Origin: a virus
IMG/VR virus record: IMGVR_UViG_3300027126_000006
Length of the DNA stretch: 64,000 nt
Strand: one strand, 5' to 3'
Shown: in pieces, positions 10,982-19,554 of the stretch
Layout of the letters: each line of letters opens with the position of its first letter
Position numbering within the stretch: position 1 is the first letter of the stretch
Program-made: the position numbers and the translations under genes
The notes under the pieces: generated by a model
Database searches by the model: none
Told to the model about the DNA's origin: nothing
Seen by the model: the letters and a program-made list of their open reading frames with translations, nothing else

Positions 10982-12725
10982 CTATCAATTTAGTAATAGC
11001 TGATTTATAATTTTGTAGTTCCTCAATTTGAGCTTGCTGCTCTTTGATAGCTTCTACTAATAGACCAACCATGTTGCCATAAGCTAGTGATAGATGATCT
11101 CCATGAACTACAGCCTCCGGTAACACCTTTTCAACATCTTGTGCTATCAAGCCTATCTGGCGATCGCCAGTGTCTGTTCGAGTATACGTGTATCCAGTCA
11201 ACTGACGCACTTTGGAAAGTGCGTCAGGTATTTGTTGTAAATCTGTTTTCAAGCGAATATCAGAGTAAGCGGTGACGTTACCTTGAGCAATGAAGTTACC
11301 GCTAGTATCAGAAGTCCATCTATAGGTGTTTGCTCCATTTGACCAACCTCCAAGTCTAAACACATTGTCTGTGTCTAGACCCATGTTAATAGCGTATGCA
11401 CCAGTTCTGTGAAACGACATAAGGGTACCGCCCGTGCCGGCATTCTGGATCTGAAACTGATCAGATCCACCGTTGGTACCTACTGTTACAGATGTAGTTT
11501 TGCTAATAGTAACGGATGTGAACTGTGGGTTAGCAGGAGCGGATCCTGTATAACCAATAATACCCTGGGATCCAGTATAACCGATTACGGTAGACGCAGA
11601 TCCAGTATAACCAATAATACCCTGGGATCCAGTGTATCCAATAATACCCTGGGATCCAGTATAACCGATTACGGTAGATGCAGATCCAGTATAACCAATA
11701 ATACCCTGGGATCCAGTATAACCGATTACTGTGGACGCGGATCCAGTATAACCAATAATACCCTGGGATCCAGTATAACCGATTACTGTGGACGCGGATC
11801 CAGTATAACCAATAATACCCTGGGATCCAGTATAACCGATTACGGTAGATGCAGATCCAGTATAACCTTGGCTACCTGTATAGCCTTGTGATCCAGTATA
11901 GCCTCGGCTACCTGTATAGCCTTGTGATCCAGTATAACCTTGGCTACCAGTATAGCCAATTGGACCCTGTACCGTAGATGCTGATCCAGTATAACCTTGG
12001 CTACCTGTATAGCCTTGTGATCCAGTATAACCTTGGCTACCAGTATAGCCTTGTGATCCAGTATAACCTTGGCTACCAGTATAGCCAATTGGACCCTGTA
12101 CCGTAGATGCGGATCCAGTATAGCCTTGGCTACCAGTGTATCCAAGAGGCCCTACTTGCCAAGACCCATCACCGCGTAACCATGTAGAGCTATTTGCTGT
12201 GCCAGACCCTAAACGAGCAGTTGATACTGTACCAGCGTTTAAATTACTAGCATTTTGATAATAGGATCCCTCTTGACCATCTAAAAGATCAGCGTTAAGG
12301 TTTGTGACGGCAGTCGTGGACGCAACAGTAAGAGGAGCAGTTCCTGTTGTGACTGATGATTTAAGAACGGTTCCTCGAATAGACCCATTGACTTGTAGCT
12401 TGTCGGTTGCATTATCAGTTCCCGTACCTAGCAGTACGTTCCCGCCATACTGGCCAACCTTTACCAATCCTGTATCAAGAACCTCTATGCTTGGAATTCC
12501 CGAAACATCGTTGACTGAAAATATAGTACCAGATAATGAATTGGTAACACTAAACAGCTGACCACTGGATCCTTCAAATGACAGGGTACCATTGTCTGTG
12601 GGATAGACATTTAAACTAATCGTCTGCGGCCCTGTCGACGCATCTGCACCCTTAAACTCAATCTTAGGATCAGCCGTCTGTCCTATGTTGGGTGTTATTA
12701 CTATGTTTTTATCTGAAAGTGCCAT
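10977..12725 (-). CDS. tail fibre with collagen-like GYTGSx repeats and C-terminal intramolecular chaperone (peptidase S74)
   Basis: Gly-X-Y repeats; AYSDIRLKTD...IGLIAQDVEKVLPEAV...YGNMVGLLVEAIKE. Confidence 0.85.
   Translation of the reverse strand: MALSDKNIVITPNIGQTADPKIEFKGADASTGPQTISLNVYPTDNGTLSFEGSSGQLFSVTNSLSGTIFSVNDVSGIPSIEVLDTGLVKVGQYGGNVLLGTGTDNATDKLQVNGSIRGTVLKSSVTTGTAPLTVASTTAVTNLNADLLDGQEGSYYQNASNLNAGTVSTARLGSGTANSSTWLRGDGSWQVGPLGYTGSQGYTGSASTVQGPIGYTGSQGYTGSQGYTGSQGYTGSQGYTGSQGYTGSASTVQGPIGYTGSQGYTGSQGYTGSRGYTGSQGYTGSQGYTGSASTVIGYTGSQGIIGYTGSASTVIGYTGSQGIIGYTGSASTVIGYTGSQGIIGYTGSASTVIGYTGSQGIIGYTGSQGIIGYTGSASTVIGYTGSQGIIGYTGSAPANPQFTSVTISKTTSVTVGTNGGSDQFQIQNAGTGGTLMSFHRTGAYAINMGLDTDNVFRLGGWSNGANTYRWTSDTSGNFIAQGNVTAYSDIRLKTDLQQIPDALSKVRQLTGYTYTRTDTGDRQIGLIAQDVEKVLPEAVVHGDHLSLAYGNMVGLLVEAIKEQQAQIEELQNYKSAITKLIV
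11540..12146 (-). repeat. tandem 18-45 nt repeats encoding GYTGSQ / GIIGYTGSASTVI
   Basis: repeated ggatccagtataacc units visible in the DNA; boundaries approximate. Confidence 0.9.
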
Positions 12726-12756
12726 AGCGTTCTTTTCTTAGATGGTGTTGTATTTA

Positions 12757-14064
12757 TTAGATCCCGTACCGACCACGGAGAGCATTAAAATTGGCTTTAA
12801 CCTCAGCAGCGGATAGCTTCCTGGTGTATAGTTTAACAGCATATATCCTTCCATAGTATCCACCTGCATATCCGCTACCAATTGTTATTGGTGTGCTGTG
12901 AGTTGTTAGTGTACCAAAGGAATGAGCGTATGAATTATATTCAACTCCATTCTTATACCATATCGATTGAGTCGTATCTCTGGTAACACATATACATGCT
13001 GTTTCATTCTGTAATACAGTAAATGAAGATGTATGACCAATATATGGTTGTGCGTTACCTGCCCCATCACCATAATAGTAGTTTATGCTTCCATCAGGCT
13101 CATGTGTGAGTGTGCCATATCCACCGTATGCTTGATTGTAAGGATTTCTTCTATTGGCATCATTTTCTTCGGGTTTAAGCCATATCTCTATTGTTTGTTC
13201 TGATGGAAAATCAATAGATGGAATCGTAAACCCATTATTATTCAGGAAACTTATGGTGCCATCTGAATTGTAGCTTGCATCAGAGATGGTTGCAACTCGG
13301 TTAGATGTTAAATCTATTATTGATTCTGTATTTGAACGAGTAAAGCTTTTACTAAATGTGGAACCTACTCCTGTTTCAATCTGTACATCGGCAATCTTTA
13401 CTGTTCCTCTATTTCCGTAATGACCGTACATATAGCAGGCCCACCACGATGCTGTATCAATTACAGCATTAAGTGTAAACGTAGCATAAACTCGTTGCCA
13501 CGTTCCTACTTTTGTATTGAATGCAGTTCCCTGAGAGTTGCTTTGTCCATCCCAAAAGTTATATGTCGCATCCGATAATCTTTTAGAGTACATACCTGCG
13601 TTAGCACATTTTGTAATATCACTGGTCCACGACAACCATGATATTGTGTATGTGCTACCTGCAGTCAATCCCATATCTGAAGGAAATGAGTTTCCTTGAA
13701 GGGCAAAACTTTTAGCTTTCCATTGCCCATCAACATCTCTCATTGTCACTACTGGCCTTTGCAGATCTTGTTCATAGGTCCATATTGCATGATAAGTGTT
13801 AGTCCAGTCAGTTACTCCTGTATTAACATAACCAGTAATTTCCGAACCTAAGTCGTTATAGACTCTAATTGCATCTGGATGTTTGGCGTTCCATGTTCCT
13901 GATGCTGTTGCACTATAGCTTGCATATGATGAATCTACTCTAGGATTTTGGAAGTATGCATGATTTGAGGTTGGCTTACCCTTCCATGACTTCACTGTAT
14001 TTCCGACATCATAGTAAAATACGAGTCCGGTCTCATCGAGCATTGGTCCTGCGCTCACACTCAT
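12757..14064 (-). CDS. LamG/concanavalin-A-like virion protein
   Basis: GLVFYYD N-terminus; TIEIWLKP; C-terminal VKLYTRKLSAAEVKANFNALRGRYGI. Confidence 0.8.
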   Translation of the reverse strand: MSVSAGPMLDETGLVFYYDVGNTVKSWKGKPTSNHAYFQNPRVDSSYASYSATASGTWNAKHPDAIRVYNDLGSEITGYVNTGVTDWTNTYHAIWTYEQDLQRPVVTMRDVDGQWKAKSFALQGNSFPSDMGLTAGSTYTISWLSWTSDITKCANAGMYSKRLSDATYNFWDGQSNSQGTAFNTKVGTWQRVYATFTLNAVIDTASWWACYMYGHYGNRGTVKIADVQIETGVGSTFSKSFTRSNTESIIDLTSNRVATISDASYNSDGTISFLNNNGFTIPSIDFPSEQTIEIWLKPEENDANRRNPYNQAYGGYGTLTHEPDGSINYYYGDGAGNAQPYIGHTSSFTVLQNETACICVTRDTTQSIWYKNGVEYNSYAHSFGTLTTHSTPITIGSGYAGGYYGRIYAVKLYTRKLSAAEVKANFNALRGRYGI

Positions 14065-15257
14065 ATGCCATACCTCCCACGTTGAGCATTAAAGTTTTGT
14101 CTGACTTCGGAAGGGGATAAGGATCGGTTATAGATTCGAACCGCCGGAATCTTTCCGCTGAAGTAGGTATTACCTATACCATTCCATGCTCCAACGTAGG
14201 CAGCCATAGTTCCATTTGTGGTAGAAGTTGCGCTCGATGCACTTATAACGGATGTTCCGTTGACGTACAGTGATACAGTTGACCCATTGTCAGTTGCTGC
14301 CACATGGTACCATGTATTCAGAGATAATCCTGTTGAGTAAGCTACATTATATGAAGTATCAGATGTATTGAAATTATGATGTCGAAGTTGTAGTTTAGAG
14401 TCTGGGCCCACTAACGAAAAGATCCAACCATTATACCCACCATATGGTATTACTATTTGGTGTCCTATATTGGTATCGGGGCTATGGATGGTGTGGTATA
14501 TCCATGACTCTACAGTAAAATTATTTGGACTACTTTGTGTGTATGGAAAGTACAATACGTTAGACGTTCCGTCAAAACTAAAGCTACCATCTACATTATA
14601 TGTTAGGCTAGTTGCTGTTATTGTATTGTTGCCTAATAGATCAAGTAGTGCTTGGGTATTAGATCTAGTGCCACTGACATATGGTGATGTTAAGCCTTCT
14701 TCAAACATCTCATTATATACATCAAAGGTGTTGCCAACATATGTTGTATCAGCTCCTGTCGATACACCGTATGTTAGTATAGCAAATCCGGTTGGAGATG
14801 CAGATGCTGTAAACTTATAGACTAGATAGTACCAACCTTGGCCAATCAACGTTTGAGTTATAGAAGTAGCCGTTAGAGTATTTGATCCAGAAGCTTCTGG
14901 GTTACCTTTACTTGCATCGCAAACAAATGAGGGTGTAGTTGTATTAGATCCGTTGTATCTGATATAGCACGAGAAGCTGTAAGATTGTCCTACTGTTAGT
15001 GCTGGGACAATCATTGCACGAGCTACGTTGACGGCAGATGTTATAGTGTACCTGTTGACGTTAGCAGACTCTTGGTTTAGTCGAGTGGATGCTGTAACAA
15101 CTGGTCCACTTGCATATGCATAAGTTTGAAGAGATAGTGGAACGGTAGATATTAAGTTGGAAGTTGGCCGACCCTTCCACGACTTCTGAGTGTTTGCCAT
15201 GTCATAGTAAAACACCAATCCATTTGTAGCAATCTGCGGTGAATGGTCAAGAGCCAT
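14061..15257 (-). CDS. LamG/concanavalin-A-like virion protein (paralogue of the adjacent gene)
   Basis: FTVESWIY, WYHVAAT, LYVNG and RIYNRSLSPSEVRQNFNAQRGRYGI. Confidence 0.85.
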   Translation of the reverse strand: MALDHSPQIATNGLVFYYDMANTQKSWKGRPTSNLISTVPLSLQTYAYASGPVVTASTRLNQESANVNRYTITSAVNVARAMIVPALTVGQSYSFSCYIRYNGSNTTTPSFVCDASKGNPEASGSNTLTATSITQTLIGQGWYYLVYKFTASASPTGFAILTYGVSTGADTTYVGNTFDVYNEMFEEGLTSPYVSGTRSNTQALLDLLGNNTITATSLTYNVDGSFSFDGTSNVLYFPYTQSSPNNFTVESWIYHTIHSPDTNIGHQIVIPYGGYNGWIFSLVGPDSKLQLRHHNFNTSDTSYNVAYSTGLSLNTWYHVAATDNGSTVSLYVNGTSVISASSATSTTNGTMAAYVGAWNGIGNTYFSGKIPAVRIYNRSLSPSEVRQNFNAQRGRYGI

Positions 15258-15363
15258 ATATAGCCTCGTACTGCTCTGGCGTCATTTCTATAAACATAGG
15301 CATCCCGTCTTGATCTTGTTCATTCACAAGATAGTTGCCGTTTTCTAAGATGGTATATGTCAT
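15247..15363 (-). CDS. small hypothetical protein (38 aa, MTYTILENGNYLVNEQ...), not in ORF track
   Basis: fills the gap between two genes and overlaps both ends (ATGA coupling). Confidence 0.55.
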   Translation of the reverse strand: MTYTILENGNYLVNEQDQDGMPMFIEMTPEQYEAIYGS

Positions 15364-16247
15364 ATGGAGTTTGTGTTAACAGGGGATGTATATAGCATAA
15401 CATCGTCAATTAAATACTTCGCTGAAGTCGCCTCACTACGGGCATAGTTACCTAAGTTCATGTACTTTATAAACTTTGTACCATATCTAAATGGAAGTGA
15501 AGAGTTTCTGTTTTCTCCAGTAAACCACCCACTATCATATAATGTCCATGTTTCTGGTATCTCAGGTACCCAAATATAATTGAATGTACCGCCAGCCACT
15601 CCTCTGGCAACTGGGGTGCCTATTGGTAATGAGTGTCCAATGTTAGGCATCGTTGTATCTGCTGCTCCATCAGAGGATAGTTTTAATCTATATTCTGTCC
15701 CATTTCCGGAGATATCTACAATTTCATTGTAGTAAAGAGTGTAATCTCCAAACCCTATCCGTGTATACTGCCAGGCTGTTGAATATAGTGGGTGGGTGGC
15801 AGGGTAAAACAATACGTTCCGGAAATAATATAGAACGGTGACAGGGTCCCAACCGGAATTGGATGCAATGTATATGTATTGATCTCCTGGGTTACATGCT
15901 CTAGTGAGGGTAGTATTACCTACACCACCACAATTCCGAAGGTCTACAAAATTATAGAATTGATCGTAGGTGGCAAATCCTAGGTGCCCGTACCCGAGGT
16001 AATTGTTTGGAGAACTTCTTGATATCGTTTTAGCTCGTACTGTCATTCTATAATACTTGGAAGTATTCACTGAAATAAACTCACCGCCAAGTACATGTTG
16101 GTTGTTCTGTTGCATTAATAAGGAATATTTTCCACTATAACTATCAGCGGAGTATATAGGACTGAAAGTAAAGTTTGCATTGGTTCCTGTCTCAAAGTCT
16201 CCATTTGTAAATAAACCGCGCTTTGACTTTCCATACACAACACCCAT
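15360..16247 (-). CDS. virion structural/receptor-binding protein (carbohydrate-binding-like); start probably MGVVYG
   Basis: NGDFETG...IDDV beta-sandwich pattern; located in the tail-fibre cluster; ATG directly after the upstream stop. Confidence 0.55.
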   Translation of the reverse strand: MGVVYGKSKRGLFTNGDFETGTNANFTFSPIYSADSYSGKYSLLMQQNNQHVLGGEFISVNTSKYYRMTVRAKTISRSSPNNYLGYGHLGFATYDQFYNFVDLRNCGGVGNTTLTRACNPGDQYIYIASNSGWDPVTVLYYFRNVLFYPATHPLYSTAWQYTRIGFGDYTLYYNEIVDISGNGTEYRLKLSSDGAADTTMPNIGHSLPIGTPVARGVAGGTFNYIWVPEIPETWTLYDSGWFTGENRNSSLPFRYGTKFIKYMNLGNYARSEATSAKYLIDDVMLYTSPVNTNSI

Positions 16248-16248
16248 A

Positions 16249-19035
16249 TCAAAACTCCACTTGCAATTTCTCAACATCAATCCGCTCAGCAAACACAGTA
16301 TAGTAGCAATGGATCAATGATGGCATAAGTTCTGTGTTAGCAAGAAACACCTTATTGTCTTCAACTGCCTTGACGTATATAGTTTGATGAGATCCAATTG
16401 ACGTTATGTTTACAGTGATTGAGGTAGGATCGACTAGCTTTGTCCAGTAGTCTGGTAGCTCAATAACATTTGTTCCTTTCAGCTTACCTCTAACATACAC
16501 TCCATTTTCTGGACCCTCAAGAGACCCATAACGAAGTTTCATTCCAGGATTAGATGGATGATCAATTACGAACGACTTAGTGGTTGCAGCAAATGATCCG
16601 TTAACTTCTAGTTTATATCCGGGAGTAGTTGTTCCAATACCAACATTGCCGTTTCCTCTAATCACCATTAAGGTATTAGAGTTGTATCCGCTGCTATACA
16701 GGCTTCCAAATACCATACTAACCGTGCTACCGTCATATTCTGTGGCTATTCTACCCGTGATGTTAGTTGCATCGCTCCATCTAATTCCGCCGCGATCGCT
16801 TCTAGAGGTATCATATGTTACGTGCAGTCTTAATAATTCTGTGCTACTGGAGCTGCTTCCTAGTTGTAACAATGCATTGGGTGACCCTGTACCAATTCCC
16901 AGTCTACCAGACGAGTCAATGGCCATCTGAGTAGTACCATTCTTAACAAATAAAGTACCACCTGTATGATCAGCATCGATACTTCCAATATATAAAGTAT
17001 TTACTGCGTTCATACCGAATAATCTAGTTGTCGTCCCGGCAGCTAGTTTGCCTTTTAGATAGGTTGCATTGTCTTGTTGTATATCACCACTAACATGCAA
17101 TTTACTTGCTGGTGAACTCGTCCCAATCCCGACGTTGCCGGAGGAGTCGAGGCGCATATACTCATTACCACCAATCGACCAAGTTTGAGCGTTCGTAGTC
17201 CCGGTGGAGTAGGTCATTTGGTAGTTAGTAATACCCGCCGTTTGAGTAATCCGCAGGCGGTTGTTGTTGCCTGTCGATGTCTCAAGCAGTTGAATGCCTA
17301 CGCCGGATGCGCCGTGGATATCCAATTTATAAGCAGGCGAACTTATCCCAATGCCGAGATTTCCAGCAGAAGTGAGACGTATGCGCTCTGAGGCGTTACT
17401 GAACGTCAACGAACCGTCAACACGGTTGTTATCGATCGTCCATACGCCCCCCTGAGAGTCCAGCTTTAACCGCGCAACTGCCGAGGAGTCGGTTGAAAAG
17501 TTAGTTATCTGCGCTGCTACTACCCCCGCAACCGTTCCAGACACATCCAACTTTGACGCCGGTGCCCCCGTCCCAATGCCTACATCACCAGTGGAATTAA
17601 TACGCATGCGCTCGATACCGGCGGTGCCAAATATGAGGCCGTAGTATCCAAACATTCCGGTACCGGACCCGGCCATCCCAGTGTAGGTTCCCCACCCAAT
17701 TCCATAACTAGGGACGGTTACGCCAGCAATCGTGCCCGTATCTGTCTGTGCCAAATATCCAATGCGCCCCGTTGATGGGACATTAATGTTTCCATTGACC
17801 TGTAGGACATTGGTGCTATTATCCCATGTGAGGTTTGCAGATCCTGCTGTAGTTCCACTATTGTTGTATAATACCTGTGTGTTGGACCCACCTATTGGGC
17901 CCGCAGATCCAGTGTAACCTTGGCTACCGGTATATCCTATAGCAGCAAATGCTCCAACTGATCCAGTGTATCCCTGCGATCCAGTATATCCTTGGCTACC
18001 TGTATAACCTTGTGATCCAGTATAGCCTTGGGACCCAGTGTACCCCTGTGAGCCGGTATATCCAATAGATCCGGTATACCCTTGGCTACCTGTATAACCT
18101 TGGGATCCAGTATATCCAATAGGTCCTTGTACTGTCGATGCTGAACCAGTATATCCTTGACTGCCAGTATATCCTCGAGAACCAGTATAACCTTGGGATC
18201 CAGTATACCCTTGGCTACCAGTATAGCCTTGGGATCCAGTATATCCAATAGGTCCTTGTACTGTCGAGGCAGATCCAGTATAGCCCTGGCTACCTGTATA
18301 TCCAATAGATCCAGTATACCCTATTGGACCTTGGATAGTCGATGCGGATCCTGTATACCCCTGGGACCCAGTATAACCTTGAGATCCCGTATACCCCCAG
18401 GACCCAGTATATCCCTGGCTTCCAGTATACCCTTGGCTACCAGTATAGCCTTGGGATCCAGTATATCCAATAGGTCCTTGTACTGTCGAGGCAGATCCAG
18501 TATAGCCCTGGCTACCTGTATATCCAATAGATCCGGTATATCCTTGACTGCCAGTATATCCTCGAGAACCAGTATAACCTTGGGATCCAGTATATCCTTG
18601 GGAGCCAGTATAACCTACTCCCGCGTACGCCCCACTAGATCCTGTATATCCAATCGATCCTGTATATCCAATTGACCCAGTATATCCTTGGCTACCTGTA
18701 TATCCTTGACTACCGGTGTATCCTCGGCTACCTGTATATCCATCAACACCAATGTACCCAGCAGACCCTGTATATCCAATAGCAGTGGAAGCGGATCCTG
18801 TATATCCCCGAGGTCCACCGGGCAAAATTGATTCCCATACGGTACCATTCCATATGTTGAGTAACGGTACAGTTGTATTATACCACAACGCTCCTAATTG
18901 AGGATCCTGTGGTGCTGTTGCAGATATTGTAACAGAACCACCATGCTCAGCTATCCATTGAAAGTTGATGTCTAGGTCGGATAGCTGAACTGTATCTTGC
19001 TTAGTAGCAAAGGTTACAGGAAGATTTATTGCCAT
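16249..19035 (-). CDS. long tail fibre with collagen-like GYTGSQ repeats and GNVGIGT repeats
   Basis: repeated ERMRI..GNVGIGT..P..KL.V.G units; C-terminal KSFVIDHP...LRYGSLEGPENGVYVRG...IELPDYW. Confidence 0.85.
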   Translation of the reverse strand: MAINLPVTFATKQDTVQLSDLDINFQWIAEHGGSVTISATAPQDPQLGALWYNTTVPLLNIWNGTVWESILPGGPRGYTGSASTAIGYTGSAGYIGVDGYTGSRGYTGSQGYTGSQGYTGSIGYTGSIGYTGSSGAYAGVGYTGSQGYTGSQGYTGSRGYTGSQGYTGSIGYTGSQGYTGSASTVQGPIGYTGSQGYTGSQGYTGSQGYTGSWGYTGSQGYTGSQGYTGSASTIQGPIGYTGSIGYTGSQGYTGSASTVQGPIGYTGSQGYTGSQGYTGSQGYTGSRGYTGSQGYTGSASTVQGPIGYTGSQGYTGSQGYTGSIGYTGSQGYTGSQGYTGSQGYTGSQGYTGSQGYTGSVGAFAAIGYTGSQGYTGSAGPIGGSNTQVLYNNSGTTAGSANLTWDNSTNVLQVNGNINVPSTGRIGYLAQTDTGTIAGVTVPSYGIGWGTYTGMAGSGTGMFGYYGLIFGTAGIERMRINSTGDVGIGTGAPASKLDVSGTVAGVVAAQITNFSTDSSAVARLKLDSQGGVWTIDNNRVDGSLTFSNASERIRLTSAGNLGIGISSPAYKLDIHGASGVGIQLLETSTGNNNRLRITQTAGITNYQMTYSTGTTNAQTWSIGGNEYMRLDSSGNVGIGTSSPASKLHVSGDIQQDNATYLKGKLAAGTTTRLFGMNAVNTLYIGSIDADHTGGTLFVKNGTTQMAIDSSGRLGIGTGSPNALLQLGSSSSSTELLRLHVTYDTSRSDRGGIRWSDATNITGRIATEYDGSTVSMVFGSLYSSGYNSNTLMVIRGNGNVGIGTTTPGYKLEVNGSFAATTKSFVIDHPSNPGMKLRYGSLEGPENGVYVRGKLKGTNVIELPDYWTKLVDPTSITVNITSIGSHQTIYVKAVEDNKVFLANTELMPSLIHCYYTVFAERIDVEKLQVEF
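17900..18810 (-). repeat. tandem repeats encoding GYTGSQ / GYTGSASTVQGPI
   Basis: visible 18-nt periodic DNA repeats; boundaries approximate. Confidence 0.9.
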
Positions 19036-19553
19036 GGCCAAATATCCTCGTTCCAATCAGTGCGTTCGTTCCAACGATTGATCCACACGACAGAGTTGTT
19101 GTTATTATTCTTCCAAGTTGCTGTTATTTCTTTATATCCGCCAGTTTTCAAGAAGGACATTAGACGATTTCTATTAGATGATAAGTTATTGTTGACAATG
19201 ATCTGATACAATTTTGTTTCGTTATTAGCGCTGGCAGTGTAATGGAAGGTTATTGTTTCTGCTGGGTCTGCTGTAAAGCTGAAAATTGATTGTCTATCAA
19301 TTTCAGGTACACCTCGGAGAGTATCGGCTGATTGCACATCCAATCCAGATTTATATTGGACATCGTCATTGAAGGGATGCCTAAAGAACCCACTAATCTT
19401 ATTGCCTAAGATTGTTACATAAGGGTTTGTTACAGATGGTGTTATAGTAACAGGATGTTCTGTTACACCATCTGTATATTTAATAGTATACTCAAACTCC
19501 GTACCTTCATACACAGTAGCAAGAACAGTTTGATCTGGCGTAAACATTCCCAT
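19026..19553 (-). CDS. hypothetical virion protein
   Basis: ORF tightly packed between gp5 and the tail fibre. Confidence 0.6.
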   Translation of the reverse strand: MGMFTPDQTVLATVYEGTEFEYTIKYTDGVTEHPVTITPSVTNPYVTILGNKISGFFRHPFNDDVQYKSGLDVQSADTLRGVPEIDRQSIFSFTADPAETITFHYTASANNETKLYQIIVNNNLSSNRNRLMSFLKTGGYKEITATWKNNNNNSVVWINRWNERTDWNEDIWPWQ

Positions 19554-19554
19554 A

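Noticed and set aside
11409-18901. Alternative-frame and antisense ORFs over the GYTGSQ repeats
   Set aside because: They are shadows of the periodic repeat sequence with no RBS or independent signal
10977-19056. Diversity-generating retroelement acting on tail fibres
   Set aside because: No reverse transcriptase and no adenine-specific template/variable repeat pair were seen in the window
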